DNA of 64,000 nt from a virus, in the IMG/VR virus record IMGVR_UViG_3300042868_012479, positions 18,524 through 82,523 of that record, one strand, 5' to 3'. Shown in pieces: positions 8,833 to 18,592 of this stretch. The position numbers and the translations under genes are program-made. The stretch's first letter is position 1, and each line of letters opens with the position of its first letter. The notes below the pieces were generated by a model. It saw only the letters and a list, made by a program, of their open reading frames with translations, was not told the origin of the DNA and made no database searches.

Positions 8833-9180
8833 ATGGCTGCATCAACATATAATATTTCTGCCGAACAAGGCACGGACTACACCGCTGCCCTTACGTATGC
8901 CAACTCTGCCGGAACCGCCATTAACATTACTGGCTATACCGCCAGGATGCAGGTTCGGCGAACTGCTGGTTCTCCAAACGCCGTCTTGACGCTAACAAAT
9001 ACGAGCGGGATTACTTTGGGCGGAGCAGCAGGAACGGTTGCCATTGCGATCCCTGCCGCTGCGTTGGCTATTATTGACTCAGGAAACTATCGATATGATC
9101 TTGAGCTTGTCTCTGGCGCTGGGGTTGTTACCAAGCTAATCTCCGGAGACTTTGTAGTCACCGGAGAAGTAACGAGATGA
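8833..9180 (+). CDS. Virion structural protein (baseplate/fibre-associated beta-sandwich)
   Basis: YNISAEQGTDY..ITGYTARMQVR..YRYDLEL pattern typical of phage fibre-adjacent genes; SD GAGGAG. Confidence 0.7.
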   Translation: MAASTYNISAEQGTDYTAALTYANSAGTAINITGYTARMQVRRTAGSPNAVLTLTNTSGITLGGAAGTVAIAIPAAALAIIDSGNYRYDLELVSGAGVVTKLISGDFVVTGEVTR

Positions 9181-9629
9181 GCCCGGATGTAAACATTGTC
9201 GACATCAATCTAACCGTCACCGAAGAGGCAGACAATACGGTTAGCGTCGCTCAGACAAGCAATGCCATCACTGCGGTCGAAACAACCAATAGCGTTACTG
9301 TGGCATCTGTTGGGCTTCAAGGCCCTAAAGGCGACACCGGATCAACCGGATCAACCGGAGCAGCCGGATCACAGGGGCCACAAGGGCCACAGGGTGAGAC
9401 TGGATCCCAGGGCCCGCAGGGAACTGGAGCTTCTCACACCACCTATACGCACAATCAAAACACTGCCTCGTCTACCTGGAGCGTTACGCACAATTTGAAT
9501 TGTTTTCCGTCTGTCATGGTTGTAGATTCAGCCGGTAGTGTCGTTTACGGCAACATTGAGTATCTTGACAACAACAGCCTGCGGCTTACGTTCGTTGCCG
9601 CCTTTGGCGGTAAGGCATACCTAAACTAA
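9177..9629 (+). CDS. Collagen-repeat fibre-associated protein
   Basis: About 13 Gly-X-Y triplets; C-terminal WSVTHNLNCFPSV domain. Confidence 0.85.
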   Translation: MSPDVNIVDINLTVTEEADNTVSVAQTSNAITAVETTNSVTVASVGLQGPKGDTGSTGSTGAAGSQGPQGPQGETGSQGPQGTGASHTTYTHNQNTASSTWSVTHNLNCFPSVMVVDSAGSVVYGNIEYLDNNSLRLTFVAAFGGKAYLN

Positions 9630-9638
9630 GGGGGAAGC

Positions 9639-11414
9639 ATGAAGTTCTTAACCAATCTTGACCTTCAGAAAAATGAGCTGCAGAACGCCACGCTACAGAA
9701 CCTTGCCACCGACCCGGCATCGCCAGTTCAGGGCCAGATTTATTACAACACCGCCTCTGACGCCATCAAGGTCTACGACGGTGCCGCATGGATTACATTG
9801 GCCACCGGCGGCGGAACAGTTACTTCGGTAACCGCCTCCAGCCCGCTCGCCTCTTCCGGCGGCAATACGCCAAACATTACTATCCAGGACGGCACGACCA
9901 GCCAAAAGGGTGCCGTACAGCTTGAAAACTCCACCTCCAGCACCTCAACGACCACGGCTGCTGTTCCGGCCTCCGTCAAGTCTGCTTACGACCTGGCCGC
10001 AAGCAAGGCAAGCACCTCAAACAAGTTAAGTGATTTTGCAGCAACCTCTTCTACCGAGCTTGCTGGCGTTATCTCTGACGAGACCGGCACAGGCGCTCTG
10101 GTGTTTGCCAACAGCCCAACGCTCGTTACGCCTGCACTTGGCACGCCATCAAGCGCTACCCTTACAAATGCAAGCGGTCTTCCAATTAGTACTGGTGTTT
10201 CTGGCCTTGGAACCGGTGTTGCCACGTTCCTTGCAACACCATCTTCTGCAAATCTGATTTCTGCTATTACCGATGAGACCGGGACTGGCGCGCTAGTTTT
10301 TGCCAATACCCCAACGCTTAACGGCGCGACTATTACTGCAACAGGGCAGACGCCAACAATTCACGGTATCTACCTGCCAGAAACGCACGGTATTTACTTT
10401 GAGGGCGCAACTGCTGACGCTCACGAGACATTCCTATACGTTGTAGACCCAACCGCAGACCGAACAATTACCCTTCCAGATGCGACGGGTACGGTTGCGT
10501 TGACCGCAAACAAGCTGAGCTCCTTTGCAGCAACTTCTTCAAGCGAACTCGCTGGTGTCATCTCCGACGAGACGGGCACTGGTGCGTTGGTATTTGCCAA
10601 TACGCCAACACTCGTTACGCCAAACATTGGAGCAGCAACCGGAACAAGCCTTGTTCTTTCTGGAGATCTAACGGTAAACGGAACCACGACAACCATCAAC
10701 TCAACCACCCTTACGGTGGACGACAAGAATATTGAGCTTGGATCAACGGTAACCCCAAGCGATGCCGGTGCGGACGGCGGCGGTATTACCCTCAAGGGAA
10801 CAACGGATAAGACCCTCAACTGGGTTGACGCTACGGACGCATGGACTTCTTCGGAGCACTTCAACCTGCTCACCGGGAAGAAGTTTTATATTGCGGGGAC
10901 TGAAGTTCTTAGCGGAACGACCCTTGGCAGCGGAGTCACCGGCTCAAGCCTGACCTCTGTCGGCACAATCGCCACCGGCGTGTGGAACGGCACGGCGATT
11001 GCCATTGCAAACGGTGGTACTGGCGCAACTGACGCTGGCGCTGCCCGCACGGCCCTCGGCCTTGCAATCGGCACGGACGTCCAGGCATATAACAGCACAC
11101 TTGCTGCCGTTGCTGGTGGAACCTATACCGGAGATGACAGCATTACAACCGTTGGCACGATCTCTGCTGGTACGTGGAACGGCACGGCAATTGGTGCCAA
11201 CTACGGCGGAGCGCTTCGCTACAACACCAGCGCCACCTGGACTGCTGGAGAAGCTAAGACGGTTACCCACAGCCTTGGAACCAAGGCAGTAGTCGTTTCC
11301 GTGTACGATTCTGGCGATGCGGCAGTGATTTGTGACGTAGTAACGGCCACGACCGACACCCTGACCGTCACGATCAGCCTGGCCGGGACGTATCGAGTCG
11401 TCGTTCTAGGGTAA
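9639..11414 (+). CDS. Tail fibre / spike protein with internal repeats
   Basis: Thr/Gly/Ala-rich; DETGTGALVFANxPTL occurs three times (~10020-10133, ~10248-10319, ~10509-10622). Confidence 0.8.
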   Translation: MKFLTNLDLQKNELQNATLQNLATDPASPVQGQIYYNTASDAIKVYDGAAWITLATGGGTVTSVTASSPLASSGGNTPNITIQDGTTSQKGAVQLENSTSSTSTTTAAVPASVKSAYDLAASKASTSNKLSDFAATSSTELAGVISDETGTGALVFANSPTLVTPALGTPSSATLTNASGLPISTGVSGLGTGVATFLATPSSANLISAITDETGTGALVFANTPTLNGATITATGQTPTIHGIYLPETHGIYFEGATADAHETFLYVVDPTADRTITLPDATGTVALTANKLSSFAATSSSELAGVISDETGTGALVFANTPTLVTPNIGAATGTSLVLSGDLTVNGTTTTINSTTLTVDDKNIELGSTVTPSDAGADGGGITLKGTTDKTLNWVDATDAWTSSEHFNLLTGKKFYIAGTEVLSGTTLGSGVTGSSLTSVGTIATGVWNGTAIAIANGGTGATDAGAARTALGLAIGTDVQAYNSTLAAVAGGTYTGDDSITTVGTISAGTWNGTAIGANYGGALRYNTSATWTAGEAKTVTHSLGTKAVVVSVYDSGDAAVICDVVTATTDTLTVTISLAGTYRVVVLG

Positions 11415-11423
11415 GATACCCCT

Positions 11424-12146
11424 ATGGTAAAAATTCTTAGCGACGTTCAGCTTGACGCAACGACGGACGATCTGACCGTTGATGGAACAATTGTGGCCAC
11501 GGGCGGGAACGCCACCACAGAGACTGATACCGCAAGCATTAACGCCGTTGGGTATAACCAACGCGGTGGTGTTGGCTATCACGGATTCCTTGACATCAAG
11601 AATACATATGGGTCTGCAACAAACCCCAAGAAGTTCTTCAGGCTCAACTCCTCTGGGGCAATTGAGATTATCAACAACGCCTACACGACAAACCTTTTTA
11701 CTCTTGATAACGACGGAGACCTTACCGTCCCGGGTTATATTAAAAGCGGCATGACTGCCCAGCGATATAACAACGGCGGTAGTGTAACAAACACAACTGG
11801 GGTTGGCACTAGTTACGTTGATATTGCTGGTCACACGGTAACGTTTACGCCAAACTATGTTGGTCAGCGGTGGCTGATTACCTTCACGGGGGCATCTTAC
11901 ACAAATACAAACACCGACCAATATATTATTTATCAAATTTTTGTTAACGGCTCTAACCTTTTCTATACGAGAACAGTCAACATTGAAAGCGGAATTAACT
12001 ACTCAACCAACGTCAGCGGAATGGATGTCTACACATCTGTTGGCACAACCGCAGTAGAAGTTACGGTTGGTGTTCGTATGCAGACAACAACTAACGTTAC
12101 CGTAAGCACAACATATGCTCGTCTTAACGCCGTACCGCTAACATAA
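11424..12146 (+). CDS. Putative fibre/receptor-binding protein
   Basis: Thr/Asn-rich beta-type sequence in the fibre cluster; TAAGAT 6 nt before ATG. Confidence 0.65.
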   Translation: MVKILSDVQLDATTDDLTVDGTIVATGGNATTETDTASINAVGYNQRGGVGYHGFLDIKNTYGSATNPKKFFRLNSSGAIEIINNAYTTNLFTLDNDGDLTVPGYIKSGMTAQRYNNGGSVTNTTGVGTSYVDIAGHTVTFTPNYVGQRWLITFTGASYTNTNTDQYIIYQIFVNGSNLFYTRTVNIESGINYSTNVSGMDVYTSVGTTAVEVTVGVRMQTTTNVTVSTTYARLNAVPLT

Positions 12147-12155
12147 GGAGGGGCC

Positions 12156-12320
12156 ATGAGCGAGATTGCTTTGATTATTACAGCTACGTGCAAAACCCCT
12201 GGGTGCAGCCAGCTTGGTATTGCTAACGTATTTGAGCAGGAGTCCGGCATTGATTTTGTGGTACACTGCGGACAGTGTCAACATGCAATTGAAGACATCA
12301 CAGCGACACCAAAGGAGTAA
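12156..12320 (+). CDS. Small Cys-containing protein (54 aa)
   Basis: Read manually: MSEIALIITATCKTPGC...HCGQC...PKE; SD AAGGAGG. Confidence 0.65.
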   Translation: MSEIALIITATCKTPGCSQLGIANVFEQESGIDFVVHCGQCQHAIEDITATPKE

Positions 12321-12322
12321 TC

Positions 12323-12499
12323 ATGGAGCAACGAGTAACAACTGAGCAGCTGATTTACAAAATCGGCGCACTTACGCTAGAAAACGATATCTTGCGCGCG
12401 CAGATCGAGCAGCTGCAGAAGCAAATCGCAGCTCTTCCAAAGCCAGAAGAACATGTTCATCCAACAACAACGGTGAGCTTCAACAGCATCAGCGATTAA
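12323..12499 (+). CDS. Small coiled-coil protein (58 aa)
   Basis: Read manually: MEQRVTTEQLIYKIGALTLENDILRAQIEQLQKQ...; SD AAGGAG. Confidence 0.65.
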   Translation: MEQRVTTEQLIYKIGALTLENDILRAQIEQLQKQIAALPKPEEHVHPTTTVSFNSISD

Positions 12500-12519
12500 T
12501 TAGTTAATCGTTTTGTATT

Positions 12520-12557
12520 AAAGAGTCTGTCGGTTTTTGCCGGCAGACTTTTTATTT
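12520..12557 (+). terminator. Intrinsic terminator
   Basis: AAAGAGTCTGTCGG / CCGGCAGACTTTTT stem followed by a T tract. Confidence 0.8.
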
Positions 12558-12631
12558 GTTGTTCGTTACGTTTTCATTATGTATATTGTGTACGTCAACC
12601 CCTGCTTGCGCTAAATGTTTGAGGTACAGAT

Positions 12632-12817
12632 GTGACTGCCAACCAATCCCAACAAATTCTTCAGCGTCTTGAAAAAATTGAAGAGGAGATCACTGCTATG
12701 CGCGTTGAAATGGCAGAGACTCGTGGCGCATATCGACTTGCCAAGTTTGTCCTTGGCATTCTTGGGCTAACCGGCATTAGCGGCTTTATGGCCTGGATGT
12801 CAGGGCAGTCAAAATGA
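12632..12817 (+). CDS. Small coiled-coil plus TM protein (XhlA/holin-like)
   Basis: N-terminal coiled coil and one C-terminal hydrophobic helix. Confidence 0.65.
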   Translation: MTANQSQQILQRLEKIEEEITAMRVEMAETRGAYRLAKFVLGILGLTGISGFMAWMSGQSK

Positions 12818-14265
12818 ACACTAAGATAATGACTACCCTTGCCACTTTGTGGCTTATCTTGGCGACGCTTGCATATGGCCTGGTTGCCAGCCCGGCATCT
12901 GGAAGCCAAAACAACTATGTCGACCGAACGCAAGATTTCTGGATTAATCTTCCAGAGCAGGGCGAGCTTCACCTGTGGACCGACTTGTGCGACGACACCA
13001 CTGCACCCTGGTGCCCCGGAACAGTTGACTCAATGCTCTGGCTTTATGACGGCACTGGAACGCTCCTTACTGCCAACGATGACTCGTTTACCGAGCACAC
13101 TGGCGGCTACTCTCTTGCTTCAACAATTCGCATCTCCCTGCCCGCTGGCGAGTATCGAGTCCGTGCTGGCGTCTGCTGCGGCGACCCAGCGGCCGACCGT
13201 TTTGGTGGCAACCACTACTACCTAATCAGCAACTTTGCGGCCGAGCTTGCCCCAGGAACGCCATCAGCTACGTGGACACCAACGCCACCGCCTACTCCGA
13301 CGCCTACTCCCACACCAACACCTGAGCCGACGCCTACGCCAACTCCTGAGCCAACCCCAACGCCCGTGCCGGACCCATACCTGAACGCGCCAACCGGTCT
13401 TATGGTGACCGTTTACACCGATGGGAATGTTTATCTAACGTGGAATGCCCCAGAAGCAAGCGGCACCGACATTGAGCGGTACGGAGTGTTCTGGACCACC
13501 GGGGACTTTGCGGGCTGGGCTGCCGCTTCCAGCGAAACCAATATGGGCATTAGCAGCAACGTCTTTGCCATTACCGGCGGCACTGATCAAACCTACACAT
13601 TTTGGATCAGGGCTGACAACGACACGCTAGGCATTTTTTCACTTATCTCGGCGACGGTTTCTGTGTTTGTTCCGGCCCCGCCACCGCCAACCCCAAGCCC
13701 TACACCTGAGCCAACCCCAACGCCGACCCCAGAGCCAACGCCTACGCCAACCCCTACGCAGACACCAGAACCGCCAACACCTAGCCCTAGCGTGGCTCCT
13801 ACGCCCACGCCAGAGCCTTCTGTGACGCCGTCCCCGACCCCGCGTCCCAGCCCTAGCCCGGAGGTAACAAATGAGCCAACCCCCGAGCCGACGCCTACCC
13901 CCGAGCCATCTGTGGCCCCTTCTCCTGATCCCAGCCCTGTACCTACTGACACACCTGGACCAATTGATCCAGGCGCTGCAGTAGAGGCAGTGAGCGAGGC
14001 AATCGGAGAAGCTGCGGCAGCTATTGCTAATACTATTGGTGATAGTGTAGAAAACGTCGGTAAAGCCGTCACTGCGGTTACCAATCTCGGCAAGGATCTC
14101 AGCCCAGAGGAGAGGGAGAAGGCTGCGCCAGTCGTGGTTGCAGCTGTCGTGGTGACACAAGTAGCCCAAGCTGCAGCCGCAGCTGCGGCGGCCGCAAGCG
14201 CGGGTAGTTCAGGTGGAGGCGGCGCAAGTGGCTCGTCTTCTAGCGGAAGAAAAGGGAGGAGATAA
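12814..14265 (+). CDS. Secreted/membrane-anchored Pro/Thr-rich protein with PPC-like and FN3-like domains
   Basis: Signal peptide; [19 protein letters not shown] (PPC-like); APTGL..LTWNAP..YTFWIRA (FN3-like); two PT linkers; C-terminal hydrophobic segment. Confidence 0.8.
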   Translation: MNTKIMTTLATLWLILATLAYGLVASPASGSQNNYVDRTQDFWINLPEQGELHLWTDLCDDTTAPWCPGTVDSMLWLYDGTGTLLTANDDSFTEHTGGYSLASTIRISLPAGEYRVRAGVCCGDPAADRFGGNHYYLISNFAAELAPGTPSATWTPTPPPTPTPTPTPTPEPTPTPTPEPTPTPVPDPYLNAPTGLMVTVYTDGNVYLTWNAPEASGTDIERYGVFWTTGDFAGWAAASSETNMGISSNVFAITGGTDQTYTFWIRADNDTLGIFSLISATVSVFVPAPPPPTPSPTPEPTPTPTPEPTPTPTPTQTPEPPTPSPSVAPTPTPEPSVTPSPTPRPSPSPEVTNEPTPEPTPTPEPSVAPSPDPSPVPTDTPGPIDPGAAVEAVSEAIGEAAAAIANTIGDSVENVGKAVTAVTNLGKDLSPEEREKAAPVVVAAVVVTQVAQAAAAAAAAASAGSSGGGGASGSSSSGRKGRR

Positions 14266-14267
14266 AC

Positions 14268-14444
14268 ATGCTTAAAAACGCAATCAACGATGTTATCGCT
14301 GGAGGCTGGACGATCTTCGGATTGGCTATCGCCTGGGCGGTGCTTCCAGAAGGCGAGACCCGCGACGTAGTGGGCTCGATCCTGCTTGCCCTTTCCGGTG
14401 CATGGCTGATTACCGGGCCACTTCGCTGGCGCGAAGACGACTAA
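14268..14444 (+). CDS. Small two-TM membrane protein (58 aa)
   Basis: Read manually: MLKNAINDVIAGGWTIFGLAIAWAVLPEGETRDVVGSILLALSGAWLITGPLRWREDD; SD GGAGGAG. Confidence 0.7.
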   Translation: MLKNAINDVIAGGWTIFGLAIAWAVLPEGETRDVVGSILLALSGAWLITGPLRWREDD

Positions 14445-14460
14445 CTAGTTCCTAGCAAAC

Positions 14461-14500
14461 AAAAAGAGGAGGGGCCTCACGGGGCCCCTCCTCTTTTATT
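14461..14500. terminator. Bidirectional intrinsic terminator
   Basis: AAAAGAGGAGGGGCC / GGCCCCTCCTCTTTT between convergent genes. Confidence 0.88.
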
Positions 14501-14514
14501 TTACCCTATTACAA

Positions 14515-14910
14515 TTATCCCTGGTGGTTTTCGTCTCCAGGATTCTCACCGGCAAGGCTGCCAGCAAGCTCGTCTGCGATTCCATCTCCGTCAGTGTCAA
14601 TTGCACTACCGGTAATGTGGGCCGTGCTCTCGGTGGCTGCCTTCTCGTCCGCTCGTGCAGCCTTAGCCTTGCCGACGCCGAACTTGGAGTCTTCAGGGTT
14701 CAGGGCTCGAACAATGACCTGCAGGCAGGCCGCCAATCCCGCAGAGACGACAACTCGGAAGTCGCTACCAGAGATGTCAAGCAACGGGATACCAAGGCCA
14801 AGCGCAACGGCGATTGACGTTGCGATAAAAGCCCGCATGGCCTCCAGAAGCATCTCGTCGATGCCCGTGTTTGCCATGATCCATAGAACTGCGTTCTTAA
14901 TGGCGCTCAT
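14515..14910 (-). CDS. Holin
   Basis: Two TM helices, RALNPED..FG motif, charged tail; directly downstream of the endolysin. Confidence 0.75.
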   Translation of the reverse strand: MSAIKNAVLWIMANTGIDEMLLEAMRAFIATSIAVALGLGIPLLDISGSDFRVVVSAGLAACLQVIVRALNPEDSKFGVGKAKAARADEKAATESTAHITGSAIDTDGDGIADELAGSLAGENPGDENHQG

Positions 14911-14924
14911 GTTTACTCCTTCTA

Positions 14925-15641
14925 TTACTTACCGCAGGCCGGGCACTTTGCCGGCACGGCTGGTGCTACTGGTGCCACTGGGGCCACAGGAGCTGCCGCA
15001 GGCTTGGGCGCAACCCAACCCTTTGGTGCTGAAATGATAATAACATGCTTATGCGGTGGCGCAACGTGCTTCTTGCTTACGCGCTTAGAGTCGGCGAGGA
15101 TCTTGAGGGTTGCCTCATCAATCTTGACGCCAAACTGCTCGGCACCCTTGCCGGAACGCGTTGGGCACGCCCACTGCCAGCCATCAATTGGGTCGTAGAC
15201 AGCCGCAGTCATGTGGCCGTACGTTCGAGTAGGCTGCTTCTGCTTGACCCACCACCACCTCTGCCACTTGGCATGCCACGCGGAAACTTCTAGGCCCTTA
15301 GGATAGCCGGCAGGCTGCTCAACCCACACGCCTAGAGCCGCACCGGCCTTGGCGGAGTTGATGACGTCGTTCCAGTCCGTTGCCCAGCGGGCTTCGGCAC
15401 CAAGAACCCGTGCGGTCTTAATAAGGTCCGCAAGCGTTGAGCCGTTGTCGCTAACGCCTTGCTTTTCAACAAAGCCGGTAGCCTTTGCCTTGGCGGCAAT
15501 GCCGTCTGCGGCGGAAAAATCTTTGCCCGGAGCGTACTTAAACGCCCAAGACACTGCTGCAGCCATAGAAGACGGGCCGCAATCGTCGAGAATCCCACCC
15601 TTTTCCTCGTGGTCGAGCTGGGACTTAACCTTAAATTTCAT
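14925..15641 (-). CDS. Endolysin, putative C39-like cysteine peptidase
   Basis: SQLD..DDCGPSSMAAA and YGHMTAAVYD (Cys/His dyad); between tail genes and holin. Confidence 0.7.
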   Translation of the reverse strand: MKFKVKSQLDHEEKGGILDDCGPSSMAAAVSWAFKYAPGKDFSAADGIAAKAKATGFVEKQGVSDNGSTLADLIKTARVLGAEARWATDWNDVINSAKAGAALGVWVEQPAGYPKGLEVSAWHAKWQRWWWVKQKQPTRTYGHMTAAVYDPIDGWQWACPTRSGKGAEQFGVKIDEATLKILADSKRVSKKHVAPPHKHVIIISAPKGWVAPKPAAAPVAPVAPVAPAVPAKCPACGK

Positions 15642-15700
15642 GGGGTACCCCTTTCATATATGTGCCCCTCGGCTAGCACATCATACGGAAGATGGCAAGG

Positions 15701-18592
15701 TTAGGCACCGGTCTCGAGTTCTGCGAGCCTGGATTCAAGCTCATCAATGCGGGAACGCAGCTTACGCATGGCAGAGTGCAGGGGAACAACCAGGCGGCTG
15801 TACTGAATGGCTTCGGGGGTGCCATCTTCGTTGTAAACCACGTAAGATTGACCGTCAACGTTTTCGGCCATTTCCTCAGCAAGGAACCCGTACTGACGTG
15901 GAGACTCTTCGCCCATCTCTTCAAATTGCACTTTGTCATGATAGGTAATAGGCACAACGTCAAGAATGTTGTCGGAGTCAGTAATGTTAACGACGTTTGT
16001 TTTGTAACGAAGTGAAGAGGAGTCTCGGAAGATCCTCCATTGAATGTTATTCCCAGAAGTTGTGCCAAAGAAAATTCTTACGTCCTGAGAGTTAGTAATT
16101 GTAGAGGTATTGTAAAGGCTGGTCGCCTTAATTACATCACCTGACTCATTTCCAAGGGTAACGTCATCTGTAAATGTTGCAGCACCGCTCACGCTCAGGG
16201 TCGTTGTTGTAACGCTCGTAAATGTTGGAGTTGTGTCCGCAGTTAGCGTAACTGTTGTGCCCTCACCAGCACCCCCGCTAACTGAAATAAGTGAGTTTGC
16301 AGATGTGACGCCGGCAACATAGTTACCATTTGTATCAGTTCCTAGGGTAAGGACACCGACTGTCGACGCACTGTGATTGTGGCTATCATCGGCAACCGCA
16401 ACGGAATAGCTATTGGCCCCTCCAACAGTAAGCGCAGCGGCGGTCATACTGACGTCTCCGGTCAGGTCAAATGTGGTTCCGGTCAAATTAGATTTTAGCG
16501 CAACCTCTGATCCATTGGCCATAACTACTCCAGTACCAGTAGAATCTAGGTTAATGTTTCCGCTACTTGCGCTAAGTGTAATCGTAGGATTAGTTCCGCT
16601 CGCGCCCAACTCGTTGGCCCTGATCCACATGGTGCCGCTATTGAGGTAGATGACGCCGTAGCCGTAGGCGCTCGGGTCTACTTGATCGGCGAGGAGAAGC
16701 TGAATAAGCCCTCGGTCGTAGCGAATCTCTGTAAGGTCTACGGTAAGCTCGCTTGTTGGGGCAACATTTACTACGACCCCCGCAGCAATGCGAAGGTACG
16801 CTGCGTCCTCCGGAATTGCCCCAGTTACATTAGGATTAGCCTGAGTTTCATACGCATAAGTTGCGCCGGCAATAGTAGAAAAGGTCTGTTCGTTGTTTCC
16901 GGCGGTGCCAGTGGCGGTGGTGGAGTCGTTCCTGTAGTACTGCGTTCGAATCGCTACTGATGCCTGTGTCTTTGTGGTGCCGGTGGCATTCCTCCACGCT
17001 GCTCGTGGCTGATTAGTCCAGGTCCTTGCGGCAGAGCCGGGAACTGCAACATACCGATACACGCGACATACGTCGCCAACGTTGGCACTCGTTGGGATAG
17101 TAAAACGCAAGACATAGCCAGACGCAGCCGTCGCGTCAGCAACAGCTTTAACAGTAATAGTTGTTCCAGCCGTGCTCTCTACGGAGAAATACGGCAAACG
17201 ATTCGTGGAGTTATTTATGGCTGAGCCAACAGTTGGGGGAGTTGAGCCAAAGTCCCCGTTAATAATGCCCGTCTCAATCGCCCGGTTTAATGATGGCCCA
17301 AGAGCGTATGAGTTGCCCCCATCGCTTTGGGTGTCTAGGAGCTCAACCCCAACATCGTTGGTAATTCGTGTTTGCTGCAGCACCAAGTCATCAGTGAGTT
17401 GACCACCTGTGCTAAGGCTAAAATCACCAATGGTAATGCTGCCACCAGTGACCGTGAGGTTGCTTGCTGTTACGGCTCCGGATGTATTGGCTGAGAACTC
17501 AGCCGTAGACGGGTTGGCACTTCCTGCCCAAATGCCTTGGAATGTAGGGGAGATAGCATCTGGGTAGCTGCCAACGCGCACAACGCCTTCCCCGGAGCCA
17601 ATTGTAATTTCTGTGGCTGCAATCTCGCCGACGATGAGCGTGGAGTCGACCGTACCGGAGGTAATGTGAATCGATCCGTCGGCATTCTGGGTGTAGGACT
17701 TGAGTACCTTGATGGCCACGGGGGCCCCAAGGGTTGGGAGGGAAATACCGGTAGAGGTTCCGTCAAATGTAACGTCATCGCCAAATCGCTGCTTGAAGGT
17801 AAACGTTGTGCTAGTCGGTACGGTGGTGACGTAGGCAACGCCATCCATAGTCTGGATTGTTCCCGTAAGCTCAATGTAGTCTCCGACAGAAAACCCGTGG
17901 GCAGCGCCGGTGGTAACGGTGACCGTGCTTAGCTCTGCAGGATTATCTGGGTCATCCAAAACGCGAGAAATAGTAGAGATGGCAAGAGCTTTGCCCACAT
18001 AAACAATCGAAGCCGTAGAGGCAGTTAAGCCGCTGGTGATGTCGGCCTTGCTGTAGGTCAGCGTGTTTGTAGCAACAGTGGCTGAGGCATAGTCGAGTGG
18101 GCCATTGGTGGGAAGGTTGAGCCCAACCCCGCCAAGAAGGGTGCCAGTAGTGAAGTACAGCCCAGAAACGCGGACATAGTCGCCAGTCGTTAGGCCGTGG
18201 CCACCGGGGAGTGTAAGGCTGACAGTGCCGCTGCCCGTTGAGACGGCTGTCGCCGCAATAGAGCCGCCGGTAAAGCCCATCTGCACTGCCGCGTGGTCTT
18301 CTGGGGCGCCGTACCACTTGGTGTTCCAGGAAGGGACGGTCTGAATAAGTCCTGCGCGCATGAGGTTGGCATCAATGACGCCCGTTTTGATGTAGCTTGC
18401 GTTAATCGTGCTGCCTGTGTCGCTCCGAACGCTAATAATGGACTGGCTGCCAGCCTGATATGTCTGGCCAGTCGAATCGCGCTCCTCGGCCGCATTGACA
18501 ACCTCAAAGCCGTCTCCATTGATCTCCACGGCAGAGAAGGACTGCCCCTGCCCGGTAATGATGACTGGAGAAGAGATTCGCTCGACAGACAT
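15701..18592 (-). CDS. Tail fibre/spike with C-terminal intramolecular chaperone (peptidase S74-like)
   Basis: SSLRYKTNV..YGFLAEEM..IQYSRLVVPL followed by a coiled coil; HGLTTGDYV and HGFSVGDYI repeats. Confidence 0.85.
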   Translation of the reverse strand: MSVERISSPVIITGQGQSFSAVEINGDGFEVVNAAEERDSTGQTYQAGSQSIISVRSDTGSTINASYIKTGVIDANLMRAGLIQTVPSWNTKWYGAPEDHAAVQMGFTGGSIAATAVSTGSGTVSLTLPGGHGLTTGDYVRVSGLYFTTGTLLGGVGLNLPTNGPLDYASATVATNTLTYSKADITSGLTASTASIVYVGKALAISTISRVLDDPDNPAELSTVTVTTGAAHGFSVGDYIELTGTIQTMDGVAYVTTVPTSTTFTFKQRFGDDVTFDGTSTGISLPTLGAPVAIKVLKSYTQNADGSIHITSGTVDSTLIVGEIAATEITIGSGEGVVRVGSYPDAISPTFQGIWAGSANPSTAEFSANTSGAVTASNLTVTGGSITIGDFSLSTGGQLTDDLVLQQTRITNDVGVELLDTQSDGGNSYALGPSLNRAIETGIINGDFGSTPPTVGSAINNSTNRLPYFSVESTAGTTITVKAVADATAASGYVLRFTIPTSANVGDVCRVYRYVAVPGSAARTWTNQPRAAWRNATGTTKTQASVAIRTQYYRNDSTTATGTAGNNEQTFSTIAGATYAYETQANPNVTGAIPEDAAYLRIAAGVVVNVAPTSELTVDLTEIRYDRGLIQLLLADQVDPSAYGYGVIYLNSGTMWIRANELGASGTNPTITLSASSGNINLDSTGTGVVMANGSEVALKSNLTGTTFDLTGDVSMTAAALTVGGANSYSVAVADDSHNHSASTVGVLTLGTDTNGNYVAGVTSANSLISVSGGAGEGTTVTLTADTTPTFTSVTTTTLSVSGAATFTDDVTLGNESGDVIKATSLYNTSTITNSQDVRIFFGTTSGNNIQWRIFRDSSSLRYKTNVVNITDSDNILDVVPITYHDKVQFEEMGEESPRQYGFLAEEMAENVDGQSYVVYNEDGTPEAIQYSRLVVPLHSAMRKLRSRIDELESRLAELETGA

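Noticed and set aside
13593-14169. Antisense Gly/Val- and Arg/Trp-repeat ORFs
   Set aside because: Shadows of the Pro/Thr repeat codons on the coding strand.
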